Source of the DNA: Candidatus Saccharimonadota bacterium
GTDB lineage: Bacteria > Patescibacteriota > Saccharimonadia > Saccharimonadales > Saccharimonadaceae
Direction of reading: 5' to 3'
Assembly: GCA_020160975.1 (NCBI GenBank)
Contig: JAIUPJ010000001.1
Span: forward strand, 810,001 to 842,000
DNA length: 32,000 bases
Under the pieces are notes generated by a model. That model saw nothing but the letters and a program-made list of their open reading frames with translations. It made no database searches and was not told where the DNA came from. Below, piece after piece: positions 27,160-32,000 of this stretch (positions within the stretch are counted from its first letter, which is position 1; every line of letters begins with the position of its first letter). Both the position numbers and the translations under genes were made by a program.

Positions 27160-27564
27160 ATGCAACGGAGGGCACTCTCACCACTTGGCGTCAAGCGCGT
27201 TCGTATTGGTCGCAAGGCGATGGCTACTGCTCGTGTCCATGCGGGTATTGAGCGTAAGCTTTCATCTTCCATACAATCTCCTGCAAAAAAATCAACACGC
27301 AAGCTAAATTACACGTTTCGACGTTGGCACGCCATTGCCGCTGTGGCCTGCATCGCCGTTATTATCATCGGTAGCCTCACCTATGGATTTGTTACTCGCG
27401 CTCAGCAGCAGGAGAAGCAACGCCAAGAGGTGGTGAGGCAAAAACAAGAGGCTGCAGAAGCTGCCGAGCGCCAAAAATGTTACCAAACTGTACTTTCCAC
27501 CAAAGCAGATCAGCTCGGCAAGCTGACCTACGACCAGCTATATGCTGGGGCGTGCGATTCATGA
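27160..27564 (+). CDS. Small single-TM protein with a coiled, charged C-terminal part. The start is uncertain (27148 or 27160).
   Basis: One TM helix (AIAAVACIAVIIIGSLTYGFV) followed by QQQEKQRQEVVRQKQEAAEAAER. TATGAT (27147-27152) lies 7 nt before the ATG at 27160. Confidence 0.6.
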   Translation: MQRRALSPLGVKRVRIGRKAMATARVHAGIERKLSSSIQSPAKKSTRKLNYTFRRWHAIAAVACIAVIIIGSLTYGFVTRAQQQEKQRQEVVRQKQEAAEAAERQKCYQTVLSTKADQLGKLTYDQLYAGACDS

Positions 27565-27953
27565 GAGAAATTTCCACGGACAAAGAATTTGACGCGATGA
27601 TTGTTAAAGCAATGGCCGAATTGCCGCAACAATATATCGAAAACCTCGACAACGTCGCTATAACTTTTGAAGACCAGCCGACTCATGAGCAACTACAAAA
27701 ACAGGGTGTGAATGCTGGGAGTCTGTTGCTTGGGCTGTACGAGGGCACTCCTTTGACTGCTCGGTTTAGTACTAGTTACAGCGGAGTGTTGCCCGACAAG
27801 ATCACGTTATTTAAAGTTCCTATCCATCAAGTGTCGCACGACGAAGCGGCGTTATTTGAGCAAGTCAAACGCACCTTGTGGCATGAAATTGCGCACCACT
27901 ACGGACTTGATCATTCGCATATTGATCAGGTCCGGAATCCAGACCAGGCATAA
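27561..27953 (+). CDS. Minimal zincin-type metallopeptidase family protein (DUF1025-like)
   Basis: The start at 27561 forms an ATGA overlap with the previous gene. It has the HExxH motif in LWHEIAHHYGLDH near the C-terminus. Confidence 0.78.
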   Translation: MREISTDKEFDAMIVKAMAELPQQYIENLDNVAITFEDQPTHEQLQKQGVNAGSLLLGLYEGTPLTARFSTSYSGVLPDKITLFKVPIHQVSHDEAALFEQVKRTLWHEIAHHYGLDHSHIDQVRNPDQA

Positions 27954-28005
27954 TATGCTATACTATTAGAATATCTATGAGTAAATTTCGCAACTAAGCC
28001 ACGGC

Positions 28006-29352
28006 ATGACAGAGCTTTGGTTAGTGTTACTTTCGATGAGTCTTATCGCTATCTGCGGTGCATTTGTGGCGGTTGAGTTTGCTCTGCTGACGGTCAACCG
28101 CACAATGGTCGAGAAGAAGGCGCAGTCTGGTGACAAAGTAGCGTCTGGAATACTCTTGGCACTCAAGAGCCTGTCTACCCAGTTGTCCGGAGTGCAGCTT
28201 GGTATTACTATTACAAACCTATTAGTTGGTTTTTTGGCGGAGCCTGCTATCGCGCGTTTAATCGCGCCGCAACTGACGCTGCTGGGATGTAATGAGGTCA
28301 CGGCGCGGGGCATAGCGGTGGTAATTGGTATCACACTTGCGACTATGGTGACGATGATTTATGGCGAGCTGGTTCCCAAGTATATTGCTATCCTCAAGCC
28401 AATGGAAGTAGCGAGGCGTCTTCAAGCACCGATGCGAGTGTTTACGTATCTGACACTGCCATTGATAAAAGTGCTCAATGGCGCTGCTAATTTCATCCTC
28501 AGGAGTAGGGGGGTGAAGCCGCAGGAAGAACTTGCAGTCGCACGTTCGGCCGATGAGCTGCTGTCGCTTGTTCGACGTTCGGCTGACAAAGGCACGCTGG
28601 CCCAAAGCACTGCCCAAATGCTCGAGCGCTCACTTACTTTTCGAGAGTTGACAGCAGTGGATGTCATGACTCCGCGTGTACACATGCATATGCTGTCTGA
28701 AGATGCGTCAATCAACGATTTGCTGAAGCTGAGCTCCAAGACGGGTCACTCGAGGTTTCCGGTGTACGCTAAATCACATGATGACGTGGTGGGCATTGTT
28801 CGTATCAAGTATGCACTAAGGGTGCCTATAGCAAAGCGCAGTAGTGCAACGGTGAAAGAAATCATGGCTGAAGCAAATTTTGTACCGTCGACGATCGAAC
28901 TTTCTTCACTGATTGAGGTTCTACGCGAAAAGAATCGTCATATTGTCATTGTGGTGGACGAATTTGGCGGAGTAGATGGCGTTGTGACGATCGAAGACTT
29001 GCTAGAGGAGCTCGTAGGAGAGGTATACGACGAGTTTGACCAGCACCGACGCAAGCAGTACCAGCAGTTGACGGCGAATTCCTGGGTCGTATCGGGATTG
29101 TTGAGGCCCGATGAGATCAGTCACGAAATTGGTGTGGTGGTGGCGGATGAAGAGGAGGTTGATACGATTGCGGGGCTGTATATGCTCCAAGAAAAAGAAG
29201 TACCTGAGGTCGGCGACTCGACAACACTCGACGGGGTCAATAAGAATGGCGATGCAATCTATGTTCGGATGACAGTTATGAAAATGGATGGACAACGGAT
29301 CGATCAACTAAAGCTCGCGATTCGTAAGCGCCCAGTCACGGAGGAGGCGTAA
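28006..29352 (+). CDS. CNNM/DUF21 - CBS pair - CorC_HlyC protein (putative Mg2+/Co2+ efflux, hemolysin-family)
   Basis: 448 aa with an N-terminal 4-TM DUF21-type region, tandem CBS-like segments and a C-terminal CorC-type domain. Confidence 0.86.
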   Translation: MTELWLVLLSMSLIAICGAFVAVEFALLTVNRTMVEKKAQSGDKVASGILLALKSLSTQLSGVQLGITITNLLVGFLAEPAIARLIAPQLTLLGCNEVTARGIAVVIGITLATMVTMIYGELVPKYIAILKPMEVARRLQAPMRVFTYLTLPLIKVLNGAANFILRSRGVKPQEELAVARSADELLSLVRRSADKGTLAQSTAQMLERSLTFRELTAVDVMTPRVHMHMLSEDASINDLLKLSSKTGHSRFPVYAKSHDDVVGIVRIKYALRVPIAKRSSATVKEIMAEANFVPSTIELSSLIEVLREKNRHIVIVVDEFGGVDGVVTIEDLLEELVGEVYDEFDQHRRKQYQQLTANSWVVSGLLRPDEISHEIGVVVADEEEVDTIAGLYMLQEKEVPEVGDSTTLDGVNKNGDAIYVRMTVMKMDGQRIDQLKLAIRKRPVTEEA

Positions 29353-30380
29353 TGGAAGTAGGGCCGTCGCTTGTTTTGGCAGTGGCTGCACTGCTCGGGA
29401 ATGCATTTTTTGTCGGTGCTGAGTTTGCCTTTATATCAGTTCGCCGCAGTAGTATCGAACTTGCGGCTGCAGAGGGGAGTCGTGCGGCTCGGTCGTGTCT
29501 TGCTGCTATGGACAATGTGACACTGACGATTGCGACGATTCAGCTCGGTGTGACACTCTGTAGCCTGATATTTGGGGCGGTGGCAGAGCCGGTCGTCGCA
29601 CATCTTGTAGAGCCACTCCTTGAGTATTTTCGCCTCAGCCACAACCTACTTCACCCTGTGTCACTGGTGATTGCTCTTATTTCGATGGTGTCGGTGCATG
29701 TAGTGATAGGTGAGATGGTGCCGAAAAATATTTCATTAGCAGATCCGACTCGACTCGCGTTGCGTCTCGTTCCTGCACTCTACACTATCGTTCGTCTGAT
29801 TCGGCCGGTTGTTCTACTTCTCAATGGCATGGCGGTGCTTTCGTTGCGCGCAATTGGGCTGCGGCCTCGCCAAGAAGTAAAGTCGAGCTATAATCGCGAT
29901 GAAGTAGCGGGCTTTGTGCAGGAATCGCGTCGCGTCGGGCTGATTAGTAAAGATGAGGAGAATCGCCTTACGGGAAGCCTGGAATTTGAGTACCATACCA
30001 TCAAAGATATTGTTGTACCGCTGCGCAAGCTAGTGCTAGTCGATAAGACAGCGCTGCTCTCGGATATCGAGGATGCTTCACGCGCGACAAACTTTTCTCG
30101 GTTTCCTGTTTCGGGAGAGTCGGGCGAGTTGCTCGGGTATGTCCATATCAAAGACATTCTGATGGATAGCACTGTGTCAAATCAAAAACCATTACCTATA
30201 CGAGATATCAGGCCACTTGGGTTGGTCAAAGAATCAATCACGTTGATGCAAGCATTGAGCGAGATGAGAAAGAGCGAGAGCCACATGTTGCAGGTGACGA
30301 GAAATAGCAAGACGATTGGTGTCATCATGCTCGAAGATGTGCTCGAAGAGTTGGTCGGTCCGATCACTCGTTCACTCTAG
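29352..30380 (+). CDS. Second CNNM/DUF21 - CBS pair protein, without the CorC C-terminal domain
   Basis: 342 aa with the same N-terminal architecture. It is preceded by GAGGAGG and has a 1-nt TAATG overlap with the previous gene. Confidence 0.84.
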   Translation: MEVGPSLVLAVAALLGNAFFVGAEFAFISVRRSSIELAAAEGSRAARSCLAAMDNVTLTIATIQLGVTLCSLIFGAVAEPVVAHLVEPLLEYFRLSHNLLHPVSLVIALISMVSVHVVIGEMVPKNISLADPTRLALRLVPALYTIVRLIRPVVLLLNGMAVLSLRAIGLRPRQEVKSSYNRDEVAGFVQESRRVGLISKDEENRLTGSLEFEYHTIKDIVVPLRKLVLVDKTALLSDIEDASRATNFSRFPVSGESGELLGYVHIKDILMDSTVSNQKPLPIRDIRPLGLVKESITLMQALSEMRKSESHMLQVTRNSKTIGVIMLEDVLEELVGPITRSL

Positions 30381-30463
30381 GCGGCACACTACATCGACCG
30401 GGCACACCTCGCCTTATGCATCTTGAAATTCACTTACAAATCCGCTATACTTCTTGAGTGTAT

Positions 30464-30539
30464 GCGGGTATAGCTCAGTTGTTAGAGCGCGTCCTTGCCA
30501 AGGACGAGGCCAGGGGTTAGAGTCCCCTTACCCGCACCA
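30464..30539 (+). tRNA. tRNA-Gly(GCC), CCA encoded, with an unusual U19/A56 combination
   Basis: Acceptor GCGGGTA/TACCCGC, anticodon arm CGTCC-TTGCCAA-GGACG, T-arm AGGGG-TTAGAGT-CCCCT. Total 76 nt. Confidence 0.86.
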
Positions 30540-32000
30540 AAATCGGACTTTCGAGGAAATTGTCGCCCGTTTGGGCGATTTTTTCTTTGGCCAAAGCGAA
30601 GCGAGGCCAGATGTTTCCAGAGGGAGAAAAAGAAATTGCTGGCGCGCGCAGGCGCGCTTTTTTGTTTTCTAAAACGAGGTTAGAGCCAAAGATTTCGAGG
30701 CAAAGCGACTTTTTGGCAAGTAAGTCGGTGCTTTTTGTTATCTCACAGATAGAAACGGCAGTTTCTATCCACTTTTTCAGCGGTTCGAGCCAAAGATTTT
30801 GACCAAGCGTTAGCTTGGATAGTGTTTCTTCAAAACTCTTCTTTTGGCTCATAATCTCCGTCTTTTTGTCGGTGTATATTTCTCGATCAATGTCTTGGTC
30901 GAGATAACTATCGAGTAAGCGTTGGAGCTTTGCGGTTAGTTGCGCGATGTTTGTCTGTAAATCTGACGTTTTCGATTGGTTTCGGCTTTGTTCATTGGCT
31001 TGGTCGGTTTCCATAAGCTCGCGCAACTTGTTCGCCCATGCCTTCGGCATGGCGTACTCTCGCAGTAGTTCGGTCAGTTGTGCGTCTAGCAACTCCTCGC
31101 GGATGTGTGGTTCAGGACAACGCGGAGTGTTCTTGCACTTTTTCGTGCAGTGGTAGTAGGTGTAGTGGTGAACATTACCATTTTTCTGCCGTTTAGTTTG
31201 GCTCTCGCCAGTAACCATCATGTTGCACGACCCGCAGCGGAGTAATCCGCAGAGTGGTTTTGGCTCGTTGGTTTTACTGACGCGCTTATGTCGACGTTTT
31301 TCAAACACCGCTTGCACCGTGTCAAAGAGTTTCTTTGACACAATTGGAGTGTGTTTACCCTCAAATACCTCGCCAGCGTAGCGAAAATGCCCGTAATAAA
31401 ACGGATTCGTGAGCATTTTGGCTACCTGGTCTTTTTTGAGTGGTTTGTTGCCTTTGGTTTTTATACCTTTACTGGCGAAAAAGTCGGCGATATCTTGTAG
31501 TCGCTGGTCGCCTCGCGCGTACAACTCAAACGCTTCAACGACAAGCGGAGCTTGTTGCTTGTCCACGATGACCGTCTTGGTGCGAACATCATTTATGTAG
31601 CCAAGCGGGGCACGACCAGGCATTTCGCCTCGCCGGACTTTTTGGCGCAAGCCCCGTTTGGTGTTTTCGGACAAATTGTCTACATAATATTTGCTCTGCC
31701 CAAACGCGATAGACAGCATGAACTTACCTTGCGATGTGTTCTCAAACCAAAAAGTCGGGAACTTCAGATTTGCGAGATGGGTTTGGTCGAGCAAATAGAC
31801 GATTTGTCCGCCGTCTATACTGTTTCGTGCCAGTCGGTCTGGATGCCACGCGATGATGCCATTGGCTTCGCCACGTTCAATTCGCTTTAGTAACTCGGCA
31901 AAGATAGGGCGACCAGGAGTTTTGGCGGATTTCTTCTCAATAAGTTCATCGACAATTTGCAAGTTTTCGTTTCGCGCATAAGCGCGAAGCTCGACTAACT
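30517..32000 (-). CDS. Large serine recombinase (resolvase domain, recombinase domain, zinc ribbon, coiled coil). The 5' end lies beyond the window.
   Basis: The frame stays open to base 32000 (...LVELRAYARNENLQIVDE...), so the ORF-track start is an internal TTG. Motifs are WHPDRLARN, PLGY, and the Cys cluster CGLLRCGSC...YYHCTKKC. The last 23 nt overlap tRNA-Gly. Confidence 0.9.
   Translation of the reverse strand, partial: LVELRAYARNENLQIVDELIEKKSAKTPGRPIFAELLKRIERGEANGIIAWHPDRLARNSIDGGQIVYLLDQTHLANLKFPTFWFENTSQGKFMLSIAFGQSKYYVDNLSENTKRGLRQKVRRGEMPGRAPLGYINDVRTKTVIVDKQQAPLVVEAFELYARGDQRLQDIADFFASKGIKTKGNKPLKKDQVAKMLTNPFYYGHFRYAGEVFEGKHTPIVSKKLFDTVQAVFEKRRHKRVSKTNEPKPLCGLLRCGSCNMMVTGESQTKRQKNGNVHHYTYYHCTKKCKNTPRCPEPHIREELLDAQLTELLREYAMPKAWANKLRELMETDQANEQSRNQSKTSDLQTNIAQLTAKLQRLLDSYLDQDIDREIYTDKKTEIMSQKKSFEETLSKLTLGQNLWLEPLKKWIETAVSICEITKSTDLLAKKSLCLEIFGSNLVLENKKARLRAPAISFSPSGNIWPRFALAKEKIAQTGDNFLESPILVRVRGL
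30517..32000. mobile_element. Left end of an integrated element (prophage or island) inserted at the 3' end of tRNA-Gly(GCC)
   Basis: The recombinase gene abuts and overlaps the tRNA 3' end. The rest of the element is outside the window. Confidence 0.5.
30563..30587 (+). terminator. Intrinsic terminator after tRNA-Gly(GCC)
   Basis: TCGCCC-gttt-GGGCGA is followed by ttttttct. It lies antisense inside the recombinase reading frame. Confidence 0.6.

Noticed and set aside
28006-30380. Paired CNNM/CorC genes as a possible novel two-component system
   Set aside because: Tandem DUF21-CBS paralogues are common in bacteria, and nothing in the sequence departs from the ordinary architecture.

Overview
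The window is a 32-kb chromosomal segment from a compact bacterial genome. The taxon cannot be determined from sequence alone. An LAxTG-anchored surface protein, an RRM protein, many leaderless-looking starts and heavy reliance on salvage fit an Actinobacteria-like or Patescibacteria/Saccharibacteria-like lineage, but this is inference only. I can support about 33 protein-coding genes and 7 tRNA genes (Leu-GAG, Cys-GCA, Leu-UAA, Ala-GGC, Gly-CCC, Phe-GAA, Gly-GCC). There is no rRNA and no CRISPR array. Housekeeping genes are ligA, a Ham1/RdgB NTP pyrophosphatase, typA, a GH13 alpha-glucosidase, rarA, ddl, an SPFH protein, an ABC exporter and two CNNM/CorC-type proteins. The most coherent system is an NAD-salvage/ADP-ribose island at 8.2-15 kb: a NUDT9-like Nudix, pncB, pncA, nadR, a standalone RNK-like ATPase, pnuC, an ADP-ribosylglycohydrolase and an NrtR-like regulator. 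Five related GTGT-N7-ACAC palindromes lie in this island, and three of them contain the -35 box of a promoter. The most unusual material is non-coding. Three tRNA genes are accompanied by fragmentary, partly inverted copies of themselves. Two perfect 102-bp tRNA-Phe 5'-part mimics sit between a good promoter and the real tRNA-Phe. tRNA-3'-end mimics with their own terminators follow tRNA-Phe and tRNA-Leu(UAA). A ~96-nt hairpin-rich sequence occurs as an inverted pair around a hydrolase gene and tRNA-Leu(UAA). At the right edge, a large serine recombinase gene overlaps the 3' end of tRNA-Gly(GCC), which marks the boundary of an integrated element that continues beyond the window. I found no recognisable defence system. 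All family names come from motif recognition by eye, because no homology, covariance or folding software could be run.
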